A DNA stretch of 64,000 bases, taken from positions 1 to 64,000 of IMG/VR virus record IMGVR_UViG_3300045988_001753; one strand, 5' to 3'. Numbering within the stretch: the first letter of the stretch is position 1; each line of letters begins with the position of its first letter. Made by a program: the position numbers and the translations under genes. The notes under the pieces are model-generated. The model was given only the letters and a program-made list of their open reading frames with translations, searched no databases and was not told the origin of the DNA. Positions 45,601 to 53,869 of the stretch are shown piece after piece. Source of the DNA: a virus.

Positions 45601-46660
45601 GTGGGATGAATTATTCAATGTAATGCAGGAATATGAGACTGATGTTAAGGAAGTAAATTTTGACAGAAAGACTTGGTTCAGTAGAATGTTTGGTACCTCT
45701 GCTTTATTCCTTATGAATAATGCTGGTGAACATTGGATGCAGAATAGAACCTCATTAGCACTTGCAGATGCTTATAAAATGAAAGCTCCTGATGGTAAAA
45801 TAGTGTCTCTATGGGATGCTATGGAAGTGGTTCCTATTGATAAGAATAACAAGAAATTAGGTGCTAAGTTACAGTTAAAGCAAGGTTATACTAAGGAAGA
45901 TGGGTCTGCATTTACAAGAGATGATATTATAGCATTCAGTAGGAAATCTGCTGCTATAAATCAGAGAATGCACGGTATTTACAATAAGGCTGACAGAAGT
46001 GCAGTACAAAGGTTAGCTGTGGGTAGAATGGGTGTCATGTTTAGAAAGTGGATTAAGCCATCTTTGAACAGAAGATTCAAGTCTGCCACATATAACTATG
46101 ACTTGCAAGCATGGACAGAAGGTTACTATAATACCACAGGTAGGTTCTTGATGCAGCTTGCTAAGGAATTGAAAGAAGGTCAGTTTACATTAGCTGCAAA
46201 TTGGAACCAACTTTCCAAGACTGAGAAAGCAAATATCAAGAGAGCTGCAACTGAAGTAGGACACTTCTTAGCAGTAGCACTTGTACTTGGTCTTATGGAC
46301 TGGTCAGATGACAAGGATAGACCTTGGTTGGCTAAGATGGCAGAATATCAGGCAAGAAGATTATACACTGAATTAGGTTCATTGATTCCTGGACCTCAGA
46401 TGGTTGGAGAAGGATTGAAGATTATAAAGTCTCCTGCTGCTGGCATTAATACTCTTGAAAATACTCTTGATTTAATTGGACTTATGAATCCATTTAATTA
46501 TGAAGTATTTGCTGGAGAAGATGCTTTGATACAATCAGGCAGATATAAAGGAGAGTCTAAGGCAACAAGACTATTCTTTGAATCTCCACTTATTCCAATG
46601 AACAAAACTATTTATAGAGGTTTGCATCCTGAGGAAGGTATTCCATTCTTTAAGCAATAA
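42605..46660 (+). CDS. giant virion/cargo protein candidate (1351 aa)
   Basis: Starts 4 nt after the vRNAP stop. Has a C-terminal hydrophobic segment VGHFLAVALVLGLMDW and is followed by a strong terminator. No catalytic motif recognised. Confidence 0.5.
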   Translation: MARSCAIIPKVKNRNGQVVDSKLFKDLLSFTSNNRSEATRLYLITKADSFIRDWNPRLTLDENNEPTLRSLLKQTNLSKVIPETKVLERLNREIGYYKKGMDRPALWVNNDENYQKLKQRAIAFNQNSEYRDDYVANIVKIQDSESPRVFIGVKVEKRNRFNSINADKMEYNENLNNRLRGILESHGIGIGALTDLEKRMGVHGVTDFDVARNAANGLVEMIRLADGIQGERALPEEFAHFAIEAMGDNPLITRLINNISSNGLAREIIGEDYDTYDTLYHSDEIKLAKEAAGKLLAKHLLQGENIPSAPYKNLLQRVIQAVKNFFKNISASPIQRAMKEADKNFGSLAQQILNGSMDEAIDVSNIASNGVFYSTSERVARDKKLLQGIIENELKRLKIYEKRNPNSQFSANQRLLIDRLDIELADNNEIEGIYTFVENALEELTKVSDRLTMLQNTPATNVNERARVLRDVRNYLYSYKHITDDIRKALIDEEKYADNRYGQRVRVVLDNTTTLLGDLFVRYNNVAMPLFVDFIKPFVGESITVPFGKFKGKTMTAEDLVKIADKDISFFDRWLDSMADSSDYMLKVMDQAVKKSKENARLETINVMKELQAATIKLEQAGVKSTDWMFERDSKGNLTGNYISEINQGLFKEKVREMFKSLNEKYGKNPVGDNAEKYRKERQAWFDANMEVVNGKKQPKVSIYGNKAYQNLNPAQKEYYNKIMEIKAKLDSYLPDKYTTLTNAVKIRKNLLERVKASDGVKSGSTQVWEAVKDQFIRRTDDTEFGDRATVKDFEGKEVQVLPIYYTKMKEGESPNDLSTDIVSTLTAYAAMANDFNEMNKVIDVLELGRDMLKEREIIQTRGGKPLVEKFKSVGRRVESTLTKSGDETRFMQRLNDFFEMQVYGRYMADEGTFGNTKIDKGKVANFVNRMTSLNTLAVNVLSGISNVATGGVMMRIESFSGEFFNESNTLRADRNYGQALPEFLAEIGNRVKTSKLALWDELFNVMQEYETDVKEVNFDRKTWFSRMFGTSALFLMNNAGEHWMQNRTSLALADAYKMKAPDGKIVSLWDAMEVVPIDKNNKKLGAKLQLKQGYTKEDGSAFTRDDIIAFSRKSAAINQRMHGIYNKADRSAVQRLAVGRMGVMFRKWIKPSLNRRFKSATYNYDLQAWTEGYYNTTGRFLMQLAKELKEGQFTLAANWNQLSKTEKANIKRAATEVGHFLAVALVLGLMDWSDDKDRPWLAKMAEYQARRLYTELGSLIPGPQMVGEGLKIIKSPAAGINTLENTLDLIGLMNPFNYEVFAGEDALIQSGRYKGESKATRLFFESPLIPMNKTIYRGLHPEEGIPFFKQ

Positions 46661-46664
46661 TAGC

Positions 46665-46716
46665 AAATAGGGAGAGTGAGTAAATTAAGTTTTACTCCTC
46701 TCCCTATTTTTTTTTT
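46665..46716 (+). terminator. rho-independent terminator ending the plus-strand block
   Basis: 12-bp perfect stem AAATAGGGAGAG / CTCTCCCTATTT extended by GAGTAAA / TTTACTC, with loop TTAAGT. A T10 run follows (46707..46716). Confidence 0.85.
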
Positions 46717-46725
46717 ACATAAATG

Positions 46726-46782
46726 AAAGGGTCAAAAATACCCCTATACTAATTACAGCATAGGGTTATTCTTGACCCCTTT
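46726..46782 (-). terminator. hairpin, candidate terminator of the minus-strand block
   Basis: GGGTCAA (46729..46735) pairs with TTGACCC (46772..46778), and inner CCCTAT pairs with ATAGGG. The tail on the minus strand is T-rich. Imperfect. Confidence 0.4.
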
Positions 46783-46804
46783 ATAAAAAATTTCATCCTG
46801 CTGA

Positions 46805-49800
46805 TTAAAAGGCTATACACTTAACAGCTTGGTCTCTCTCCTTTTGAGAGATTGAATCAAACTTCTCTGCTGTCCAACCTTTCTTCAATAAATTCTCCTG
46901 CATAGAATCACTTAAAGTATTAAATGATGTAGTAGTTGAAGTAGTACCTCTCAATTCACTGATAGTAGGAACTTTGAATGTACTATCTGCATACTTACCC
47001 TCATTAATTCTTCTATAGTAATCTATTAGGGAAGGTCTAAAGTTATTCCAGTTAGTAACCTTAGCAAAGAGTTCCTTGAAGAAATCAAGTATTCTCTTAC
47101 CTAAGCCCCTATTCTGTCTTGTCATTACATACTCTCTGAAACCCTCTGCCATATCTTCCTCAAGAGAGAGATTATCTTTCTCACCATATAACTTTCTTGC
47201 TTCATCATATAATGCCTGTCTCTCATTATTGTCAAGAAGGAGATTAAATACAGCATGGAATGCTTCATGGTATGCAGTACCTTCAGCAGCTATGTCAGAC
47301 AATGTGATTACACCTTTATCAAATTGACCCCAAGCTAAGGCACCTTGTCTGCCTACTTTAATAAGACCTTTTACTACTTGTACTTTATCATTCTCACTTA
47401 ATTGAGGTAGCACTCTACTAATCCAATTAAGTTCCTTTTCCTGATTCCATACTGTAGCTTCTGTGTCATTTACTCTTCTTAGGGTAAATTCATCCTCAAA
47501 CTCTTCATCATGGTCATTTATTGCCTGTTCCTTTTGAGCAGTATAGGCAGCACCTGTCTGGGTATTACCTTGATTAATAGTTGCAGGAGTTTCCACAGTA
47601 GTGATAGGAGTAGCACTTACAGTAGGTACTGCATCAGGGTCAAACAATATAGTCTTTTCTGATGCTAAGTCTTTCATTCTTTGAGGATTACCTAATAAAG
47701 CCTTTCTCATGGAATCCTCAACTTGAGATTCACTCATACCTCCTTGTACAGGGTTATTCTTTATAAGTAAGAATGTTTTACCATTAGGGAATACTGCATA
47801 GTAATTATTTGAAGCTACATGAGATTCTTCTCCCTGTCTGCCAAATCCCTTGGTTATATTAGGAACCTTGGTTATATGGACATCTACTTCTGTAATACCT
47901 GCAATAGGAGTTAAATACCCTTTATGTAATTTACCATCCAACTCAAAGTAACCTACTCCCTCATCAGCATTATTCATACTGTGTTCAGGTGTCAAATCTT
48001 CAATAGGGTTCTGTGTCTCTAATGAAGTCTCAAAGATAGGTAATACTGTCTGAGCTTGTGCTGGAGTAGCAGGAGTTCCTGTAGATTTATCTACTTTAAC
48101 TGCACTTGCTAAAGGCACATTAACAGCAGGATTGTATGCAATAGGAATACCCTTTTCACTTTGTACTGCTGATACATTCTCCTTATCATAACTCAATACA
48201 AATGGCATTACAGCTAACTTAGTAACTGGTACACCATACTGAGATTCAAATAAGTTCTTGTAAGCAGAAAGTTGTAAAGTATAGTAATCCTTCGCACTCA
48301 TTCTCTGAGTAGCAGATGGAGTAGTAAAGTAATTAACCTTATGACCATATCTGTCTGTAAAGTCATAGAAGCTGTATCTACTTGTCTTTACATCATAGAT
48401 TCTAAAGTTACCATCCTTATCAACAGAGAGAATATCAACCTCACCTGCAACTCTTGTACCATCAGGATATTTCTGGAACAATACAATATTGTCAGCAAGG
48501 AATCTTTCTCCCATTTGTTCCATGTTTGACTTAACTCTATTAAGAGTGGTAATTAAATCTATGAAAGCACTCTCTGACATATTAGATGGTCTTGCTATCT
48601 TAGATACATCTCTTATAGTAAAGTACTGTCTAATAATACTATCTATTGCTGAGCCAGCATCAAGTGCTCTTTGTGAATTAGTACCAGACATCTTATCTCT
48701 TACTATATTCACAATAGTATCTCTACTCTTAGCATCAGTCTTTCCTTGATAACCATCAAGATTAATCTTATACTTGTTTTCAAGGAACTTCAAGTAATTG
48801 TCAAATTGAGTAGGAGTATCAACTAACTGTGATAGCTTGGTTCTTACTTGTGTTAGAGCCTCTGTTTGCTTAGGAGATTCTACCCAATTAGAACCTAATC
48901 TACTATGCACTCTACTATATTGGTGGTATTCACCATCATCTTCAAGTACATAGTAAAACTCACCATCAGTTCTTGTCTTGTCTATTCTCTTTTGGTTCTC
49001 ATATATTTCACTGATAACCTCCTTAGACTTGGCAACTCTATCTTCTCTTTCTTTCTTCCTACCTGCAATAGTATCCTTAACATCTTGTGCCTCTTGACCA
49101 CTGAGATATGTCTGCTTGCTTCTATCAAGTACTTTACCATCAGGAGTAAGAACCTTGTTATCTACCATCATTGAAGAGTTAGTAGAATCCCCGAAGTTAT
49201 CTTGTGCCCAAGCTAAATCAAACAATATTCTGTTACTGTCAGTAACTTCTACAGTCCTACCTTGGTCATCTCTGATAGTGTTTGTCTTTAAGTCTACATA
49301 GTATGGCTTATTTGAGAATATAGATACTATTCTTGTGCCTGCAATAGCACCCTCAGTACCACCTACAGGAGTTTCTACTTTCCTCTTAGGTTGAGGAGCT
49401 ACAGAAGCTGGACTTATAGCCTGATGTAAGTTACCTTCATTATCAAAGTAATCAGTTGTAAACCAATTACCTCTTACTGAAGCCTCAGTAATATTTGAAG
49501 TAAGGATATTAGAGTTTATCAACCTATTGTTGTATGCACCTTCATTTATTCTCCTTGTGCTGACCTGCAAAGGAAGATTAAACTTAATAAGGTGTCCAAG
49601 TATTTCATTGTATATATCCTCAGGATTCTTAGGAGTACCTAATGCACTTGTATCTCCTAAATCTTCAAGAGCAGTTACATCAAAGTTTATACCCCCAATC
49701 TCTGCACTCTTACTACTTGTAGAGAAATATACATCATACTTATCCTCCTTGATTTGCTCCTTTCCATTAATGATTACCTTCTCATAAGTACCATCTGGCT

Positions 49801-52800
49801 TTCTTACCTTCTTACTGATAACAATACCATCACCTGCCCTACTACTAAACCAAGTAACCATAATATCCTGCATATACAAGTCTTGTGCCAAGTCTTGCAT
49901 TGCAGCAGATACATCATCCTGTGATGTAGCAGTTGATAACTTAGTAATGGCATTCTTTATATCTTCTCCAACAGGAGTAGAACTTATGTTACTATCATTC
50001 AGATTAAACTCTTCATTGTTGAAGTGCTTAACCCTTACAGCAGCAGGAGAATACTTACCAGCTCCATTAGGTATAAGCAGATATAATCTACCTTCCTTTT
50101 GGCTCATATCCACTGGCTTGATAATAAGACTATCATCAATCTTACCATTAGTGGTAAGAACACCATTCTTTATAATACCAAAGACAGGCTTTCTATCAGT
50201 TGAAGATACATTAGGTATCTCAGATAGACTTCTCTCAGTATTACCATAGGGAATCCTACCTACCATTACCTTAGATACCTTTGTAACAGGTGTGGCAATG
50301 AACTTACCAGTCTTATTTTGCCTGTTAGCATATTCACCTCTTATCTTCTCTTCAAGACCCTTCAAACCCTCATACCTTGAAACACTATAATCAGACTCAT
50401 CCAAACTACCTACTACTTGGTTGTTTCTTTTGTCTACAATGAAGATTGTATTCTCATTATAGTCTGGGTCAATCATAAAGCCAAGTTCATCACCTGCCTT
50501 TAAGTTACCCTCATTTACATATCTGAATGCTCCTTGGTCTCTTAGATAACCATAAATGCCAGAGAAGTCTACATTCTTTTCTCTCTCACTTACTACAATA
50601 TCAAATGGTCTAAAGTCTCCTTCCTTACTTGCCTCTATATGCAGTTCAGGTATAGCAGGTCTATAGAATTGATTAGAAGTATCTCTACTTGGTCTCTGTG
50701 GAGTTTCTACCCTTTCATTGGCTTTCTTATTCTCCTCATTAACCATCTCAGCAGTTATATTACCTACAGGTAATTCTGTTGTAGGTAAGTCCTCACTACT
50801 TGTTACAGTAGGAGTAGTAGATGTACCACTATCCCCCGTAGTATCTCTTCTATCATCACCTCTTACAGTCCCCTCTCTTTTCTCTACAGGCTTCTTATAT
50901 TCAGGTGAGAATCTATCCTTGAATCTATTGTCATTATTTACCTGAGACATTGCATTCTGCAAAGCATATTGAGCCTCTTGGAATCTTGTTGCAGACAACT
51001 CAACATCACCCTCAGAATCTTCATCAAAGGCATTCTCATTATTGATATAAATTGAGTTGGGATTAGCCAACTGTTCAAGGTTTTCAGAGTTACTGAACTG
51101 GTCTTGAAGGAGCTTCATAGCATCTTGTTTAACCTGTGGTTCTGCATCTGACTCATTAAGAACTCTTCTCACCTCATTATTGTATTGTGAAGTTTCTCTG
51201 TAGTTCTTAGCCATCTCACTACCTTCATCCTCAAGTTCTTTTAGAACTCTATCCCTATTCTCTATATCATCTTGGGTATCTATGATACCCCTGAACTCCT
51301 GTAAATTCTGTGCAGCATTCAAAGATACTTTCAAGTCATCAGACTTCTTCTTAGCTTCTTGTTGCACAGCTTGTTCATCAGCTCTTGCATGGTCTTCTGC
51401 TTGCTTTTGAGGATTTTCAAGATACTCTTTCAGCTTTGCATTATATGTCTTTGAGGCATTACCTAACTTAACAATATCATTTAGCTTAGTTGTAATATCT
51501 TCTTTCTCATCTGCACTAAGTACAGTCTCATCTACCTCATTAATTTCCTTGATAAGACCATCTACAAACTTAGGATTAGTTGCCAATGTATGAGCCAATG
51601 TCTTATCATCCTGACTTCTTACAAGATTAAGAGTATTTATTGCACCTTGAATAGCTCTTACATTCTCATCTGCTTGTCTGTATCTGTCAGTTAAATCAGC
51701 ATGAGTTTGACCTTCAAAATCTCTTATCTGCTCATTGAACCTAAGGAATGAATCTAAGTTACCTAATACACTACCTATTGCAGATTTTACTTCTCCAGAC
51801 ATAGCTGTTGCCCTTTCAGCCCAGTTGCCTATCTGAGACTTCATCCATGTCAATTCTTCAAGCTGGTCATCTGATAATTGCTGACCTGTCTTAATATCAA
51901 GCTCATCTTTTATCTTCAGATAATTGTTGATAGTGTTGGTCATTTCATCATGGTTCTGCTGCAACTTCTCTATCATTTCCTGCTTGCCTTCTGGAGTAGC
52001 ATACATAGGATTACCATTCTTATCAACAAATGGACCTACCTTAGAGCCATCTTCAAGAGTAGTTGTAGTGTTTTCCACAATAGAGGCAAGATTTTCATCT
52101 GATGTATCAAATGCTGTGTTAATTAAGGTAGTGAGGTCTTCCATTCTACCTGCACTATCAAACATGGCAATATCAGATACTAATTGAGCATGTTCTGCAT
52201 TCTTGAAGCTGAACTCATCACCTTCCTCAGCAGCTCTATTCATATCATTCTGATACTTATTATGCCTGATAAGACCTTGATAGTAGTTCTTAAATTCAGG
52301 AGAGTTTATCCTGCTATTCATGTAGTTAGCAATCTCATTCTCTCTTGCTATCTTCTCATTATAGTCTCTCCATTCATTTATGGCACCACCCTCAATAGTG
52401 ATTGGAGACTGAATACCACCTTGTGCATTTCTTACACTTCTGAATCTTGGCATACCTAATGCACCTGTCAAAGAACCAATAAAGAACTCTTCCCATACAG
52501 AGCCATCATTTACTGTCTCATTGATTCCCTCAGCAAATGATTTAGTCCAACTTAGTGTTTCTTGAGAAGCTTCTGGGTCAGTCTTTGACTTATAGAAGTT
52601 GTTTACATCAGTAGAGTAATAATTACCTGCTATTCTACTTGCAGCACCCTGTGCCATTTCCTCAGTACCTTCAGATAATGCACCCTTTGTTATTGCAGTA
52701 GCAGCACCTAATCTTGTAGTACCAGCAGTATATTCTCCTGCCTTACCTACTATATTAGTAGCCTTTCTTGCAGTCTTGAATCCATTAGCATATAACTTGC

Positions 52801-53866
52801 CAAACTGGATTATATTAGATGCAGTAAGGATAGGTATATTCATAAGCAAGTCTGCATTACCCATCTTTAGTCTATCCTCATTCAGTTTACCAAGTGCTGC
52901 ATTGTAAGCTTCTCTTTCCCTTGCAATAGCATCCTGATATTTTACATAAGCTGGGTCTACAAACTGATTGCCTTCTACACCACTTCTTACAAGCTCCTTT
53001 CCTGCATTAGCTTCATATTCAGCCTGTATTGCATCTAACCTTTCCCTTAGACTGTCATCAAGCTGTGCTTTATGAAGCTCAAACCAATCCTTACTATTGT
53101 TGAGTGCTTCAATTCTGCCCTCATTTACTGCTGAGATAGTAGCACCTACAGCAGTATTAACTATTGCTGGAGCCTTTGAAGACTTAGCAATAGCACCAAT
53201 GAGTTGAGGTAGCTTAGTTACCTTCAATCCAGCAGCAGTAACACCACCACTATAGAAAGCACCTACTGTGAAACCTAAGTTCTTGATAAACTTATCACCT
53301 AAGAAGTTAGCAGTGAAGATATTTTCATACCAAGGCTGCTCTTGTTCTGCCCTTGTATAATAGTTAGGTAATGCCTGCTCAGACCATTCATTAACAGACT
53401 GCATAGCTTTAGAGAAGTCATTATCCCAAAGACCAGACCATCTGCCTTCACCTATTGCAGTACCAGCTCCAAATATCAAACCTACAGTACCATCAAGGAA
53501 AGTAGTACCTGCAAGTATAGCACCTTTAGCAAGACCTGCTCCTATTTGTGCATACCAAGGCTGATTCTCTGCTCTTATATCTCCCAGTTCTTGGAACTGA
53601 GCTTCTGTTGCAGTAGGTTCATCAAACATACTCTCACCCCAAGGTGTAGCAGTTCCCTCTAATGAAGTTGCAACCATTTGCTCACCATGTGCCCTTGCAT
53701 CATACAATGAAGTAGGAGCAGTATTTGCTCCTACATTCATGCTGAATGACTGAAACTCAGGACTAAGGTTAGTGTATGGCTCTTGATTTGCTTCCTGCAA
53801 ATCTCTGAAAGTCATTGGACCACTCTTAGTAATATCTATATCCTTTACTTTAGTTTCTTTTGCCAT
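46805..53866 (-). CDS. giant multidomain virion/ejection protein with PD-(D/E)XK nuclease-like and HExxH zincin-like motifs (2353 aa)
   Basis: Gly/Ala-rich hydrophobic N-terminal segments and a long charged coiled region. AGEVDILSV...FRIYDVKTS at about 48386..48450. YHEAFHAVF (HEAFH at 47255..47269) with EEDMAEGFREY downstream. Confidence 0.6.
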   Translation of the reverse strand: MAKETKVKDIDITKSGPMTFRDLQEANQEPYTNLSPEFQSFSMNVGANTAPTSLYDARAHGEQMVATSLEGTATPWGESMFDEPTATEAQFQELGDIRAENQPWYAQIGAGLAKGAILAGTTFLDGTVGLIFGAGTAIGEGRWSGLWDNDFSKAMQSVNEWSEQALPNYYTRAEQEQPWYENIFTANFLGDKFIKNLGFTVGAFYSGGVTAAGLKVTKLPQLIGAIAKSSKAPAIVNTAVGATISAVNEGRIEALNNSKDWFELHKAQLDDSLRERLDAIQAEYEANAGKELVRSGVEGNQFVDPAYVKYQDAIAREREAYNAALGKLNEDRLKMGNADLLMNIPILTASNIIQFGKLYANGFKTARKATNIVGKAGEYTAGTTRLGAATAITKGALSEGTEEMAQGAASRIAGNYYSTDVNNFYKSKTDPEASQETLSWTKSFAEGINETVNDGSVWEEFFIGSLTGALGMPRFRSVRNAQGGIQSPITIEGGAINEWRDYNEKIARENEIANYMNSRINSPEFKNYYQGLIRHNKYQNDMNRAAEEGDEFSFKNAEHAQLVSDIAMFDSAGRMEDLTTLINTAFDTSDENLASIVENTTTTLEDGSKVGPFVDKNGNPMYATPEGKQEMIEKLQQNHDEMTNTINNYLKIKDELDIKTGQQLSDDQLEELTWMKSQIGNWAERATAMSGEVKSAIGSVLGNLDSFLRFNEQIRDFEGQTHADLTDRYRQADENVRAIQGAINTLNLVRSQDDKTLAHTLATNPKFVDGLIKEINEVDETVLSADEKEDITTKLNDIVKLGNASKTYNAKLKEYLENPQKQAEDHARADEQAVQQEAKKKSDDLKVSLNAAQNLQEFRGIIDTQDDIENRDRVLKELEDEGSEMAKNYRETSQYNNEVRRVLNESDAEPQVKQDAMKLLQDQFSNSENLEQLANPNSIYINNENAFDEDSEGDVELSATRFQEAQYALQNAMSQVNNDNRFKDRFSPEYKKPVEKREGTVRGDDRRDTTGDSGTSTTPTVTSSEDLPTTELPVGNITAEMVNEENKKANERVETPQRPSRDTSNQFYRPAIPELHIEASKEGDFRPFDIVVSEREKNVDFSGIYGYLRDQGAFRYVNEGNLKAGDELGFMIDPDYNENTIFIVDKRNNQVVGSLDESDYSVSRYEGLKGLEEKIRGEYANRQNKTGKFIATPVTKVSKVMVGRIPYGNTERSLSEIPNVSSTDRKPVFGIIKNGVLTTNGKIDDSLIIKPVDMSQKEGRLYLLIPNGAGKYSPAAVRVKHFNNEEFNLNDSNISSTPVGEDIKNAITKLSTATSQDDVSAAMQDLAQDLYMQDIMVTWFSSRAGDGIVISKKVRKPDGTYEKVIINGKEQIKEDKYDVYFSTSSKSAEIGGINFDVTALEDLGDTSALGTPKNPEDIYNEILGHLIKFNLPLQVSTRRINEGAYNNRLINSNILTSNITEASVRGNWFTTDYFDNEGNLHQAISPASVAPQPKRKVETPVGGTEGAIAGTRIVSIFSNKPYYVDLKTNTIRDDQGRTVEVTDSNRILFDLAWAQDNFGDSTNSSMMVDNKVLTPDGKVLDRSKQTYLSGQEAQDVKDTIAGRKKEREDRVAKSKEVISEIYENQKRIDKTRTDGEFYYVLEDDGEYHQYSRVHSRLGSNWVESPKQTEALTQVRTKLSQLVDTPTQFDNYLKFLENKYKINLDGYQGKTDAKSRDTIVNIVRDKMSGTNSQRALDAGSAIDSIIRQYFTIRDVSKIARPSNMSESAFIDLITTLNRVKSNMEQMGERFLADNIVLFQKYPDGTRVAGEVDILSVDKDGNFRIYDVKTSRYSFYDFTDRYGHKVNYFTTPSATQRMSAKDYYTLQLSAYKNLFESQYGVPVTKLAVMPFVLSYDKENVSAVQSEKGIPIAYNPAVNVPLASAVKVDKSTGTPATPAQAQTVLPIFETSLETQNPIEDLTPEHSMNNADEGVGYFELDGKLHKGYLTPIAGITEVDVHITKVPNITKGFGRQGEESHVASNNYYAVFPNGKTFLLIKNNPVQGGMSESQVEDSMRKALLGNPQRMKDLASEKTILFDPDAVPTVSATPITTVETPATINQGNTQTGAAYTAQKEQAINDHDEEFEDEFTLRRVNDTEATVWNQEKELNWISRVLPQLSENDKVQVVKGLIKVGRQGALAWGQFDKGVITLSDIAAEGTAYHEAFHAVFNLLLDNNERQALYDEARKLYGEKDNLSLEEDMAEGFREYVMTRQNRGLGKRILDFFKELFAKVTNWNNFRPSLIDYYRRINEGKYADSTFKVPTISELRGTTSTTTSFNTLSDSMQENLLKKGWTAEKFDSISQKERDQAVKCIAF

Positions 53867-53869
53867 ATC

